This document shows, one piece after another, positions 24,696 to 38,288 of a stretch of DNA of 64,000 bases. The notes below the pieces were generated by a model, which ran no database searches, was not told the DNA's origin, and was given only the letters and a program-made list of their open reading frames with translations. Source of the DNA: Squalus acanthias (lineage: Eukaryota); assembly GCA_030390025.1 (NCBI GenBank), contig CM059425.1:59956001-60020000 (forward strand). The letters run 5' to 3'. The translations under genes were made by a program, and so were the position numbers. Position 1 is the stretch's first letter. Every line of letters starts with the position of its first letter.

Positions 24696-25384
24696 CAAAC
24701 GCTAGTTGCCTGGAGAGATCTTAGGCTGGGACAGGGGTCTGGAAGCAGCCAGAGGCCTGGGCTTGGAGTGGCCAGAGACCCTGGAGTGGGCCAGACCAAT
24801 CAATACGAAAGATGCCTCAAACTATCAATGGAAGTTCTGAGGGGCTGTGTCAAGTCACTTGCCATATTAAGGAACAATTGACCTTCATATCAAATAGGTT
24901 TAAGACACACGTTTTCCTCGATTAGTACAAGAATATTAATGTTGTTGGCTCTTCGGATCAGGTCTGTTGTATTATCAAAAATGTGAGAAGAAACCATGGG
25001 AAGACAGACAGAGAGAAACCTCTTGTACCAAGAGATTGATGTATAATTGAGTGTTGTTGCTCAATTGTCCCTGGTCTTGAAGCAAAACCCGAGCAATCTG
25101 CTTTCTGAAAGGTTGCCATGACATCAATTAAATGCATCAAGATGAATAACTGATTTGCATGCTTGGATCCTTCCTTTTCTCAAAATATCTGAATGACATC
25201 CTGCACTCCTGCGAGATGATGAGCAAAAAGGCTAAAGAAGTTCCGATGTCGCACCATAAGGGATCCTGATATTAAGTGCTGGAATAAGTATGTAAAGATT
25301 TAAATATGCTTTACTATGATGGTGTTGCCTATTCAGGCTCTCACTCATTTTTTGCAAAATAGCTCACTTGAGAACTGGACAAGC

Positions 25385-25740
25385 CAATCGCTCCCCTGAT
25401 GGCTCAGCTGGTTGGCACTTAGCAGCTGAGTCATACAGGTCTGTGCTAAGTTAGCTAATTCAATCCTGGGTGATGACAGGGATGGTAATTGGCCTAAGCA
25501 CCCCTGGTTTAGGGAGAGGAAACCAGCCAGGGTTCCTCTCCTGATTGCTTTCCTGTGACTCCTGTTGGAAGTACACACCTGTGGACAAGATTGGACTTGG
25601 GTTTTGATAGTCCCAGTGGTTGAGTCATCTGCCAACATTCACTGTCTAGGCTTACTCAAGAATAGCCATAAGGGTAAGACACTGGAGGGGCACCTGCTGC
25701 CCTTGAAGCATGCCTCAATGAGTCAACATCATCTATTAGA
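25385..25740 (+). mobile_element. Old SINE-like repeat (unclassified)
   Basis: Box-A-like tggctcagctgg at the start and a GC-richer body; family not confirmed. Confidence 0.35.
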
Positions 25741-26107
25741 AAAAATGGATATACTTCACTGATCAAAACTGAAGCTGTTTAATTTGTTAATTGACAAAAC
25801 CCCTGAAATACACCGTCTTGCAAAAGAAGTAATCAACACCAGGGATTAGTTCAATTTTTCTCAGGTTTCAGTTTTAGAATATTACTGAAAATGATGATTT
25901 TTCAGCCCACTTGCACGGAATCTAGACTTTTTGGTATATAGTAAATGGGACTAATCAAACATTTCTGTTCAGAATACAAAAGATACACTGAGAAAAGACC
26001 TGCTATGGGCCTTCTGCATCACCTACATCCATAGACTGAAATCAAAGCTTCAAAAGTTATGCTATAAATTAGTGAAACATACGAGACTAAAACCCAAGAA
26101 ACATTTA

Positions 26108-26203
<96 letters not shown>

Positions 26204-26461
26204 TTAGAATGGACACTGTGGATTTTTGTTGTTGCATATATTAGACTGGTGCTCTAAATCCATCAAGGTGTTATGATGACGAGTATTCCAATAAAACATC
26301 AGATGATGAAATTTATGGCAATTAACTCAATTCCACATATCAGTTATATTGCTGCTCCCCTAGGTAAGCTGTTTTAGTACAACTATAACTTTGGCATCTG
26401 ACAATTTTAAGATTGCTTCATTCTCTACACACAGATATTTACCATTCCTAAAAGTGGATGT

Positions 26462-27150
26462 ACAACAACAACTTGCTTTTATATAGTGCTTTGAACATAA
26501 ATAAACATCCGAAGGTGCTTCCATCGGAGTGTAATCAGACAAAAATTGACACCGAGCTAAAGGAGGAGATATTAGGATGAGTGACTAAAAACTTGGTCAA
26601 AGAGGTAGGTTATAAGGAGGGTCTTAAAGGAGGAGAGTTGGAGAGGTTTAGGGAGCCAATACCAGAGCTTAGGGCCTAGACAGCTGACGGTACAGCTGTT
26701 AATGGTGGGGTGAAGGAAATAGGGGATGCATAAGAGGCCAGAGATGGAGGACTGCAGAGTTCTCGGAGGGTTGTAGGGCTGGAGAAGGTTACAGAGATGG
26801 GGAAGGGCGAGGCCATGGAGTGATTTGAACATGAGGATGAGAATTTTAAAATTGAAGCATTGGTGGACTGGGAGCCAATGCAGGTTAGCGAGCACAGGGT
26901 GATGGGTGAGTGGGACTTAGTGTGGGTTAGAATACAGGCAGCAGTTTTGGAGCTCAAATTTTTTTTTGGGGGGGGGGAATGTTGGAAGATTGAAGCCTGG
27001 CCAGGAGAGCATTGGAACAGTCAAGCCTAGAGGGCATGGATGAGGGTTTCAGCCGCAGAGGAGCTGAGGCATGGGCGGAGTCGGGCGATGTTACGGAGGT
27101 GGAAGAAGGTGTTCTTGGTGATGGAGTGGATATGTGGTTGGAAGCTGTGG
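26462..27150 (-). mobile_element. L2 LINE 3' fragment
   Basis: FFHLRNIARLRP, SRLDCSNALLA, LANLHWLPV..FKILILMFKSLHGLA. Confidence 0.88.
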
Positions 27151-29102
27151 ACCTCAGACTGATTTCTTGTTGCAATACACCCAAAGTATAGCTCCAAATT
27201 TCTTTGAAGATATCCCACAGTAGATATTTCAGACTCTATTTAGGTGGTCAGACATTCACAGGATTTAAAACAGCATCTCTCACAAAAATACAGCTGCTAA
27301 ACAAACATGTAGACAGTCTTACAGGATGCTTATAATTGAATGGAATTGCTTGACTAATGCCCGCGAAATCTACTTCAACCTTTCTGATCAACCTGTGAAT
27401 TCAGGAAATTAATACTTGCCCAGACAGCCATCGGGGATGCTGCTGGACAGAATGGCACTAATGACTCTGCACTCAACAGACATTAACATATTAAACCATC
27501 TTCCACAAAAGGGGTACTGATGTACTAAGCTCTGTTGGTGCCCGTCAAGTATAGAAGAAGTTATCTTTAAAGGTTCTTGCTTTTCATTGCCATTCTTGAC
27601 TATTTGCAAACTTTGCTGGTGCTTCTTAAAATGCTTGTAACAATTCCTGAACCTGTCTACCAAAATGAATCCTTCCCATCATAGTATGGCTGCAATAGCT
27701 GTATGTAGAACTCCCACGGAAATAAGATACTGCCACACCATTAGAACTCCAAAAACCATGCATCTCATTTCTGAGTGAAAGGCTGCTGTAGTGTGCAACC
27801 TGCTTTTGGGCTTCAGAGGGATGGTGAATGAATGCGAGGGGAGGGGGGGCGGGGGGGGTACGTTTCTGTTTTAGTGACTGCTTCAGTCCACAAACTCTAC
27901 CAAGTAGGATTGGTGCATGCCATCCTAACCTTATTAGATCCTTGCAAGTCAATTAATCAACCGAGCGCATCCATATGTTTGGAGTTACTATTTGATGGAT
28001 TCAGGATAAACATCCTGTTGGAAGATTTCTCCTGCTGGGAAAGAACTTGGAGGATGATTGCTAACTCTTAGGCTAGAGTATTATACAGATGTTTTGCTGA
28101 TTCCTGGAGGATCCAGTGTGCTCAATCCATTTTGGGAACAGATCCAGGTAGCTTATGTATGTCAGCACATACCAGTGTGACTATAGCCCAGAGAGAATTG
28201 GGCAAGTTGCTTGTTGCTGCCTATGCAAGATCTGGAGGAACCGCTATACTCTGGGGTCGTAAGTGTTTAATTCAAATTTTGCGCTTCAGTCCCATTTGTT
28301 TGTACTTTTTTTACTTGCTTGATGGTTTTCTTAAAATTGACTGCTGAGACCATATGATGGTTATTGCCATTACCACCTAAACAAAGCACTGCTTTGCATG
28401 GAACCAATTTGAACTTAATTTTCTTGGTTTTATTTATATGCATGTCCTAATAAGGACATCACTGTGTTAGTACTCATTCTAAAGCTTCATTGGTCAGTGC
28501 TGAAAAGAAAATGCAGCCTGAGCAGTTTGGAAAAGAATAAACTTTACAAAAAAAAATGGACTCTCTCATTTAACTTACTCTTGTGGGGAGAGTGAAAGCC
28601 TGTTCCAATACATTAACAAGGCGGCATGACGTGAGGAACAGAAAATGCAATCTTTTTTGCCTGGGGAAAAGTGAATTATTCCAATGGCACAGGTCCTGGG
28701 GCTTTGTACAACAGGAGTAGGAGAACAGGTGTAGTATCGACTATCTAAAACACAACACTGTTCTGGTCTGCATGCTAACCATGTGGTTTCCTCAGAACCA
28801 ATCATTTATCTCTGCAGTGTGGCGGATGATTAAAATGAAAAAATGTATTCTTAGAAGTTCACCTTTGTGGCAAAATGTTCAATATCTTGAATACATAATA
28901 TTCAATTTTAATATACGAGTTATGGTAATCTGCAAAGTCAACATCACATTTTAATTGCATCAGGAGCTAACAACAAATTCGGAGGGTCTGATAGCATCTT
29001 TTGTTACCAGTGTGGAGATTAAAACAAAGTGGACAGATTTTTAATCAAAAATACAATTATTTCAAATATAAACCATATCTTATCTAATATTTCATATCTT
29101 AC

Positions 29103-29967
29103 CTGTTATCCCAAGAATTCATGCCAAGAATATTCAGCAGCATCCTGCAATAGTAAAACACAGACTGAGGCTCCTGTGGGCACGGCTCCTCCTGCTCCAT
29201 TGCTTTCATATTTAGGTCATTGCCATACTTCTCCACAAACTCCTTCTCTTCAGTGTACTGTTTTAGAATCGCATTGATTACATCATTTTCCTGTTTCTCT
29301 GAAATACAAACAGGAGGGGGAGCAGGGATATTAAGTTGCACACCAGCTCTCTGGAGACACTCTGGACTGGTGGAACCCAGGTATTGCAGCATCTCATCCA
29401 AGGCATCTTCATCATCACGAATTACATCCCAAGATGGCACTACTTCCCTGCATCTTCTTTTTGTTTGAGGTGCCAAATATTCCCTTAAATCAACATCATC
29501 AGTTTCTGACTCATTGAAGAGAGGTTCAACCATCTGTTCTTCTTTGTGAACATTTGTGAACTTGTGAGCAATTTGTCTTTGTTGACAGCACTGAGGTGGT
29601 CCGTATAGAATTGCAGAATCCCAGGAGTACTTACCAGATATATCACGCACCACAACTCTAACATTTGAGGTAGCTGTTGAGAGTCCAGCTGACATCCCTC
29701 CTCCTGGGATATTGTCCTCAACAGGGATTTCCAAGTATGAGATAAGGGTGGAACTGTTCAGCACAAAAAACTGGAGATTGGGATTCTCAAAAAGCTCAGG
29801 GGAAAGCTCAGTACAGTCAGTGAAGGGATTGTCATGGTTTTCACTTATCAAGCTAGTCAGCATTGCTGGGCCACCACTCAATGGATAATGGCCAACATGG
29901 TTTACCAAATGAATTATCACGGTCCGGGCAGCAACCGAGATCAAACCCTGTTGAATGCGGCTCCTCA
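29103..29967 (-). CDS. RALGAPA1: RALGAPA1 large coding exon (865 nt): [35 protein letters not shown]...[12 protein letters not shown](R)
   Basis: tattttacag|TG ... AG|gtaaga, phase 1/2. ORF 29099..29968 carries the HYPx[16 protein letters not shown] and [10 protein letters not shown] motifs. Confidence 0.95.
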
Positions 29968-30282
29968 CTGTAAAATAAGAGGGGTACGTTGTAAAAACAA
30001 TTTTTTTTTTTTGATTGCTTGCTAATGTTAACCTCAGTTAAAAACTTAAATGAAGTATATAAATCATCATATGTAGTCAATTTGAACACATTCTAAGAGA
30101 CCTTGTAAAGCCAAACTGGTCAGTCTGATATGTGGTTATAGGACCATTTTCACGAGATTACTTTAGATGAATATATTACATTAATAAAATTCAGATCAGA
30201 ACAGCTGCAGTGAGAATTACACTACATATTCAGACAGTCAGCCTAACTTTATACACACATTAACACTATTCATTTGAACTTA

Positions 30283-30640
30283 TTTTTAAATTCATTCTGG
30301 GATGTTGGCGTCACTGGCAAGGCCAGCATTTATTGCCCATCCCTAATTGCCCGAGAAGGTGGTGGTGAGCCGCCTTCTTGAACTGCTGCAGTCCTGGTGA
30401 AGGTACTCCCACATTGCTGTCAGGGAGGGAGTTCCAGGATTTTGACCCAGCGACGATGAAGGAATGGCAATATATTTCCAAGTCAGGATGGTGTGTAACT
30501 TGAAGGGGAACCTGCAGGTGATGGTGTTCCCATGCACCTGCTGCCCTTGTCCTTCTAGGTGGTAGAGGTTGCGGGTTTGGGAGGTGCTGCCAAAGAAGCC
30601 TTGGCGAATTGCTGCAGTGCATCTTGTAGATAGTACACAC
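30283..30640 (-). mobile_element. 3' fragment of the same LINE family as 18378-20270
   Basis: Near-identical peptide CTIYKMHCSNSPRLL and the same tail. Confidence 0.88.
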
Positions 30641-31319
30641 TTCAACTACAAGATAGATTTAGGCTCTGGTCTGCAAAGTGAGTTAGAAGACTGTCTTTTC
30701 TCCTTAGCACCTAGGTTTCAATCCAGCGAAACCAAACAAGATGGAAGATGTTTTTCGAATACATTTGGTCTGTTTCAATACAACACACAAGAGACTACAT
30801 TACAAAATCAACATTCAAAAACTGGCGTGATAAATGAAACTGTACAGTGTACAGAAAGATACATCTCAAATTTAATTTGTTATATACTAGACTTGGAGAT
30901 AACTAAATGCTAATATTCGGTGAAGAGTGAAAAAATATTTAATCTACCTAGTGCGGACACCCTCAAATTCAAGAACCTGAAATGCCAAAAATGTATTTTT
31001 TTTTAAAAATCACTTCAGCTGCTTCCAGCCTTTGTCGGAGAGCTCCATTTCTGGTTTATTACCCATATTAAATTACAGAAGGGCATCCAACATAATACAA
31101 AAATTTCTGCTTCTAGAGCTTTAGCTATTCTTAATTCTCCTCCACTCAAACTGCTTATACTCAAATTTGATTTTCCCTGTGGCTGTTTTATTACTCATTC
31201 CTCTTCCTACCCTCCCCAATTTGTTGATTTGTTTTTCTTTATTTCTTCCTGCTAAAGTAGCAGATTTCAATGGATTACTTAACAACCCTCAGACAGCGAA
31301 AGCGTGAAGTTAAAAATAT

Positions 31320-31575
31320 CGGGGCAGATTTTGTAGTGGGCATGACGGTGTACTCAGAGTACGCAGTCATACCGCAAGTTCGGGATTTGCGCTTGCGCTA
31401 AATCCCGAACTTGTGATCTGTCAAGGTACGCCTTGACAGATGATCCGCAGAGACAGGGAAATACTAATTGCTGGCGCAGAGTTGGGCTAATTGCCCATCA
31501 ACTGCCCAACAATTATGTCCGAAAATTTTACGGGTAGCGAAAGCAGGTGTAGGAGCTTGTTTCACATCTTAAGAG
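31320..31575. mobile_element. Partial Harbinger-like MITE
   Basis: Starts ggggcagattttg; shares gcaagttc(c)ggg(a/t)tttgcgc and ttgacaga motifs with the 35094 and 50249 copies. Confidence 0.5.
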
Positions 31576-33687
31576 AAGCTCTATGTATGTATCTTGTGTA
31601 CGTTTTGGTGGAGGAAACTTTTTTTGTCGGTCGAGTTTAATTTTAATTACTTGGGAAGTTGAATAAGAAAGTTAAATAAAGTGAACATCTATAAGATTTC
31701 AGTGACCAATTCTGTCCTTTCAACTCAAAAGTGATCATAAACAATATAATGCATCTATAACAAAGAAAATAGATTTATCTATTACCAGTCTAAATGAGGT
31801 CTGAATAATATATTTTAATGCTGAAAATTAATATTGAATATATGGCTGGGAATCTCTTTATATGAAGTTCAACAACATTGCTTGTAGGAGTGTTAAACCT
31901 TTACTGAGTATCAAAACAGAAAGTTGTATACATAGGGACTAATAAATTGAGAATTTGGATGAAAAAAATAAAACAAAATGCTGATATATGACTAAGTCCA
32001 AGTACCAGTTTAATTTAAAGTTTGTTTTTAAAATGTAATTTCAATGGAAGAGACAAAGAAGTTTCTGTGGGTGTGGCTTAGTTTTGACAGCTTTTGTGGG
32101 CGTGTCTTCTCTTACGCATAGGCTGTACTCCTGGCCTTCGTGATGTCATACGTTGCGCACAACTCTGCAGCGCTGAAGAGGACATCTCCATTCTGGGCCT
32201 CACACAAGGCAAGTATTCTTTTCATAAGTCGGCGGCGTACTCCGTAGCTACACCGCCGACTGCAATTTTTAGGCCATCATATTCCTGAAATTTCATGGAG
32301 TGCTATTATTGATTTCCCAAAGCAGAAGGATTGTTGGTTAAATGCCTCTCTCTTTCAAAAGCCAAACCAGTGGTCTGATGGAGGATCTGACCTTCTAACT
32401 AGGATTGCAGGCCCCTTCTGCAGGACAGACAAATCAGCTAGCTCATCATTACTTATAAAGTGAGGACATCTGAGAAATAACATTTCAAGGACAGAAAGAG
32501 GCCACTGAAATAATAGTTGGATTCTCTATTTTAATTTTTTCCAATACACTGGGAGTCCGAGCAAACACAGGGAATCCATCTGAAACCTGTGCTCCCAGGA
32601 AAAAGACAAATTGTTGCACATCACACGGACCTCTCCTGTTACTCGAGTAGTATTTTGGAGGCTGATTATTTGCAGAAGCAAACACATCCCTGAGTAAGCC
32701 CAAATTGTGGAAAGCTGGCAGACCACTTGCAATGATGAATCAATGAGAGCCTCAAGAGTGGCCTATTATGTTATGTAGTAATGGGCTGAATGCTAAATAC
32801 ATCCTGGCAAAGGAGGAGTAATGAAGTTCCATGCTTGTTGATGAAGTGACCACAGTGTACAGTAGAGCCTAAAAGTCTATCAAGGCTGTCTTGTGTGCAT
32901 CCATTTATCCACGATGCATGTGAAATCCTAAACCTGTCAGAATATACTCGTTGTTAATGTCAGAGAGGGCAGTGAAGGATGGAACCTGAATAATAAGAGA
33001 ATATTTGGTTCCAAGGACCACCAGCATAAAAGGTCTGGTGTACCAGAACTAATTGGAACATCAACCATCGACTTGGAGACCACAGAGTAACAACAGATAT
33101 CTCATAAGCAGCCACGTAACTGGAAATTCAAAACCAGCTGGTATCAGATGTAGAAAATTAATCGTAGATCGGTAGTCCCTCATTTGAGGTGAGACATTGT
33201 ACTCAAGTTTATGGAAGAAATCCAATGCAAGGAGACTATATCTAGAGATATTTGAAAAAGATATATAAATAATTAAAAGATATATAAATAATTAAAAATA
33301 TACATATAAATATAAATAGTTATGTTGAAAGGTGGTTCTTTGCTAAAATGCAGGAACTCAAGAGGTCCTATCCTTGAGGTCAACTTTACACCTCCTGGGA
33401 AGACTGCCGAAATGATATGAGGCAGGATGACTTCTGCAAATTCTTTTTTCAAAGAATTTTCACCAATTCTTAATAGGTGGAATCCCTAAATTTTGGAGAA
33501 CCACAAAGCAACTATTCAAAATCCTTCTTTTCCTGATCGGCATGAACATCTTTGATGTCTACGGACTAGAGAAGACTGTTTAGAGCTTCTAAGATATTAG
33601 AGTGAATGAAAAGGATGATCCCTATTGCCAGCCTCAAAAACTGGACAGCTATAAAAGAAAACGACTTGCATTTATCATAGAAACTTA

Positions 33688-34010
33688 GGCCGCCATTTGG
33701 CCTGTCGTGCCTGTGCTGGTTCTTTGAAAGAGCAGTCATGCTTAGTCCCACACCCCCGCTTTTTGTCCATAACCCTGTAAGTTCCTCATCCTCAAATACC
33801 TGTCCAACTCCCTTTTAAAATTATTTATGGAATGAGCTTCCACCACCTTTTCAGGTAGAGCGTTCCAGATCCCGACAACTCTATACGTGAAAAAATCTCT
33901 CATCTCCCCTCTAGATCTTTTGCCAATGATTTTGAATCTATGACCTCTAGTTATTGACCCACTTGCCAGAGGGAATAATTTTTCTCTATCTACTCTTATC
34001 AAAACCTCTC
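33688..34010 (-). mobile_element. CR1 3' fragment nested in a Deu-like SINE remnant (33655-33687, 34030-34115)
   Basis: VDREKLFPLASGSITRGHRFK..QGYGQKAGVWD. Confidence 0.8.
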
Positions 34011-34339
34011 ATCAAAAACCTCTTATTTATTTCATGACTTCAGGATATCCCAAAGCGTTTTACAGCCAAACAAGTAAATTTTGAAGTGTATGCACTGTTG
34101 AAATTTAGGAAACATTAAATGACAGACTGCATACAAATCGAAAACTGAGCTGCAATAAAAGCTGATGGTTTGGTATTAGCTAATATGGAATACCTAGAGG
34201 CAGAATTTGAGTTCACTGGCAACAAGCATTTGAACGAGTGCTGACCAACAATAATGTCGCTTTTCAAAATGAGGCCGAGTTTGTTGATATCAACAAGTAT
34301 AAAAGGTCAAAGAATGGACCAATCATTACTAATATGTAC

Positions 34340-35020
34340 CAAAGATATTACCAGGGAGCACTGTGCTTAGGATTTGCCAAAGCAAGTTTGATCTCCATGC
34401 AGCACGGTCAGTACCACTTCAGTGTGGCTCCTCCTCCTTGTAGGGGCAAAGATCTGATAGAGTTCTTTTGAGGAAGTAACATATGTTAGATGGGGGAAAT
34501 CTAGTCGATGTGGTATACATGGACGTTCACAAAGCCTTTTAAACGATACCACACAAGAGACTACTGGAGAAGACAAAGGGGTATGGAATTATGGGAAGCG
34601 TAGTAAATTGAATTAAAAACCAGTTAGAAGGGAGGAAATGGAAAGCAGCAGTTGAGAGCAGTTTCTTAAGAGCGGTTGGAAATGGGTAGTGGTGCCTCAC
34701 AGGGTTTTATTCTCTGACCGCTTCTGTTCACTGTGTACATGAATGATTTGGATAGAGGGCTAGAGGGAGTGTTGTCCAAAGTTGCAGACAATACTATATA
34801 GGAGGCATAATTCTGCAGACCAAAGGAAGCTGCAAGGGGATATTATTGAGATGATGGAATGGGAAAAATAGTGGTAGATGGAATTCAATGTCAGTAAGTG
34901 TGAGATGGTACATTTTGGATAAGGCCATAAAAATAAGCTAATGGAATAGTGGGTTTTATGACAAGTGATATAGAACATAAAAGTTGATATGTAATGGTAA
35001 ATTTATATAAAACCTCAGTA
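34340..35020 (+). mobile_element. Old degenerate CR1 RT fragment
   Basis: Remnants of the QHG, KSDLIEFFEEV, DVVYMD, and ADNT motifs. Confidence 0.65.
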
Positions 35021-35898
35021 GAGGTACAGTAGCATAGTGGTTATGTTACTGGACTAGTTATCCTGAGGCCTGGACTAATGATCCGGAGACATTGGCCCAA
35101 AATTTGCGGTCGGAGGCTTCCCGCGGGCGGATGCCTCCAACCTGCAAAAAATCTACGAATTTACCTGGTGGTTCGTAGACTCGCACTCCTGGCCCTCTCT
35201 GGGTACCAGCGGGTAGAGGCCCACGTATCCCAGGTGGGACGGCCCAACCAATGAAAGAAGGGGAATCCCCATTCATACTTATGGGAGTTCCGTACATACG
35301 GAATCCCCATAAGTATGAATGTGGATCACCTAAAAAATACATAAACATGAAATAAGTAAAAAAAAATTACGTATTTAAAATTAATTAAAATGCCATTTTA
35401 ATTTATATGTTTTAACAGGGCTAAAAACTCGCCTTATTGGACAGGGTTTTTAATGTATAAATGAGTGATAAAATTTTATTTTCCTAAAAAACTCACACTA
35501 ATAAAAGCAGGCCTTACATCTACTTTTACCAGGCGTAAGAATTTCAAGGGCATTTGCTGGGCAGAAGTTGGGCAAATAGCGCAACTCTCTGCCTGCGGAG
35601 GTCCGTTTCCCGGGGATGCGGAGGATGTCAAGAAGATTCTTGACAGATCGCAAGTTCCGGGTTTTCGCGCATGCGCTTCGCATGCCTATATCCGGAACTT
35701 GCGTGATCCCTATGGGCACGTGCGCACCTTGTACGCACCCGTAGGGGTCGCAAATTATGGCCCAATAGTTTAAATCCCTCCACGGCAGCTGGGGAATTTA
35801 AATTGTTAATTAAATAAATCTGGAATAAAAAAAACTAGTATCAGTAATGGTGACCATGAAACTACCAGATTGTTATCAAAACACATTTGGTTCACTAA
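35021..35898 (+). mobile_element. tRNA-like SINE (35021-35090 and 35767-35898) split by a MITE
   Basis: Box-A-like tagcatagtgg before the insert; box-B-like agtttaaatccc directly after it. Confidence 0.55.
35094..35763. mobile_element. Harbinger-like MITE (~670 bp)
   Basis: Imperfect TIR ggcccaaaatttgcg / cgcaaattatggccc, flanks att/aat, and an AT-rich centre. Homologous to 50249-50835. Confidence 0.75.
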
Positions 35899-35902
35899 TA
35901 CG

Positions 35903-36030
35903 ATAGCAAAATACTGCGGATGCTGGAAATCCGAAATAACAACAGAAAACGCTGGAAAAACTCAGCAGGCCAGGCAGCATCCGTGGAGAGAGAAAGAGAG
36001 TTAACGTTTCAGGTCGATGACCTTTCAGAA
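35903..36030 (-). mobile_element. Short Penelope-associated hammerhead repeat, single arm
   Basis: Minus strand ctgaaaggtcatcgacctgaaacgttaac (3 nt missing from the core) plus the family body and tail. Confidence 0.75.
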
Positions 36031-36034
36031 ACAG

Positions 36035-36133
36035 GCTATTCCAATGTGAAATTTGCACATGTGCGAAACTTTGAATGGTCGTGCAGCCTGTTAAAGGGAC
36101 CCATGCACCAAAAAAAAATTAGGGGGAACATTG
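36035..36133. mobile_element. Partial hAT-like MITE
   Basis: Ends aaaattagggggaacattg, as does the 46486-46649 copy. Confidence 0.6.
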
Positions 36134-37089
36134 GCGAACAGTCCATTTCTGTGTTGTGATTTTTTTGTCATTCTATAGCACCAGTTCTTAGGTCTGCTAA
36201 TGATGGATCAACTGCTGACTTACCTCACAAGACCACTACTAAAGTGGGTGTGGGGGCTAGTTTTCCCACCAATCGACTATGAATGAATGAGTGAGAAATC
36301 TAACCCATCATCTTTCAACAGATATAAGCAACCTTCACAAATTTTGAACAAACTCCATACGCAAGAGATTCGGCGAGCCACCAAAAGGTGTATGTTTCAA
36401 TCAGTGCTCGACACAGTACCTGGAGAAAATAGTTTAAAACTTTATACAAAGGGAATAGCGATGTAGTTTGTGAAGACTGCCTGAATACAAACTGTATGAA
36501 CGCATATGAAGCATATCTGAAGATATCCATTGAGGAAATTTTGTCTAGAGGTGGAAATGACAGAGACTGAATGTTTAATTATTAGCAGAGTAAAAAAAAC
36601 AACTATGTCAGTAGTAACAGACAGTTAACTTTATGAAATACTATTTGTTCCTAATCACTTTTGGATTGAGTCACAGGGTACTTTTTAAGAGCCAAAAATG
36701 TTTCTAATAAAATGAAAATTGTGATATTGTACAAATACATATTGGATGCCAATAAAGAATAAAATAATGTTGATTTTATAGTTTGCTTTTATTTCAAAAT
36801 TTGAAATGAATAATTAAATGGCAAGGGAGTCAGAACGTGAGAGACTGAACTCTATCTTTCCACTTCCATAACCTGGATTTAATCCTGCTCAGATTGATGG
36901 GACAAAAATCTCCTCTCTAAGGCGGATGTGTGGGTCAGGAAAATAACAATCCAGCTTCTTGTTCATATAATCCATAGTAATGATTTTTCACTTAAAGATG
37001 CAAAGCAAATATATACAAAATAGGAAAGTATGAAGAGTTATACAACAGTTATCCTAACCATGGCAGTGAGGAAAATGTTCAGGAGCATT

Positions 37090-38150
37090 TTACAGGACAC
37101 CATCAATGTTCATCTCAAGACCACACAAGTACAGATTCAAAGCCAATTGGTCATGCATTACAAAAATATTGGAATTCATTGAAGAGGGTGCTTAAATTAG
37201 TGGAGGTCAGCAATCCAGTAGAAATAATCTACTTGGATTTTCAGACTGGATTTGACAATGTTCCACATAGGAGGCGTATAAAGATTAAAAATGCTTGTAA
37301 TTAATGGCAAATTAGCTAATTAAATTGCAATGAAAAGGCTCTAGTGGGGAGGATAGTGATGAATGAAGCTCCATAGGGATCTGGGTCCCTTGCTATTCAA
37401 ACTATTCATGAAGGACATTACTAGTATATGACAAAATTTGCCAGCAACACCAAGCTACGTGGCCAGGTAGCACTCTAAAGGTATCTAATTCAATTAAGCA
37501 TGTGGGCCATAGTGGCAGCAAATGGATTTTAATTAAGAAATAAATGTAAAATTAAGCACAACAAAAAGAGCATGTACACAATGAAGGATTGAATGTGAGT
37601 AAAGATGGTAAAGGAAAAATGATTATTCATTGCAAGTATCCAGTTAACCTGAAGCTATCAACAAGGCTAATTACTTCCTGAGATACATTCCAAAAAAATT
37701 TGACTATCAAAACAAATTATTCTAACCGTGTACAAATAAGATGCCACATTTGGAAAATTATGTGCAATTTTGGGCATCTTATCCTCAAATCAACACTGAT
37801 ACACTGAGCTGGTGAAGAGTTACAAGTTTGATTCAATGACTTAAGAGTTTTAAATTATGTAGGCGTAATACCAGAACTGAACTTGCAAAAAAGATTGAAT
37901 GAAATTGTGATCTCAGTTTTTAAAATAGTAATAACGGTAAGATTAACTTGAATTGTTAACGGAGGACTAGAAGGCATAAGTATAAAATTAACAAGCATCA
38001 GAGAACACGTAAAGATTCCAACTATATCCGCTTCCCTGCCCTCCCAGTGTGGTGGATATGTGGAAAAGATTCCCAGCTAAGGCAGTTAATGCTGTGTCAA
38101 TTAGCATTTTTTTTAAATTAAAAAAAATGGATGAATATCTGGTTAGAAAT
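37090..38150 (+). mobile_element. Very old CR1 remnant
   Basis: Decayed IYLDFQ..FDNVPH and PHLENYVQFW motifs. Confidence 0.55.
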
Positions 38151-38162
38151 GAGGATTACAAG

Positions 38163-38288
38163 CAATGTTCCTTGGAATTTGTTTTTTGGGCTTTAACAGG
38201 CTGCGCGGCCCATTCAAAATTCCACGCAAGCGTGCTTTTTTCAATTTAAAAGTCAGCTCACCGGCTGCGCGGCTTAAAGGGAATATTG
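38163..38288. mobile_element. hAT-like MITE (126 bp)
   Basis: TIR caatgttcc / ggaatattg; 8-bp TSD attacaag / gttacaag. Confidence 0.75.
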
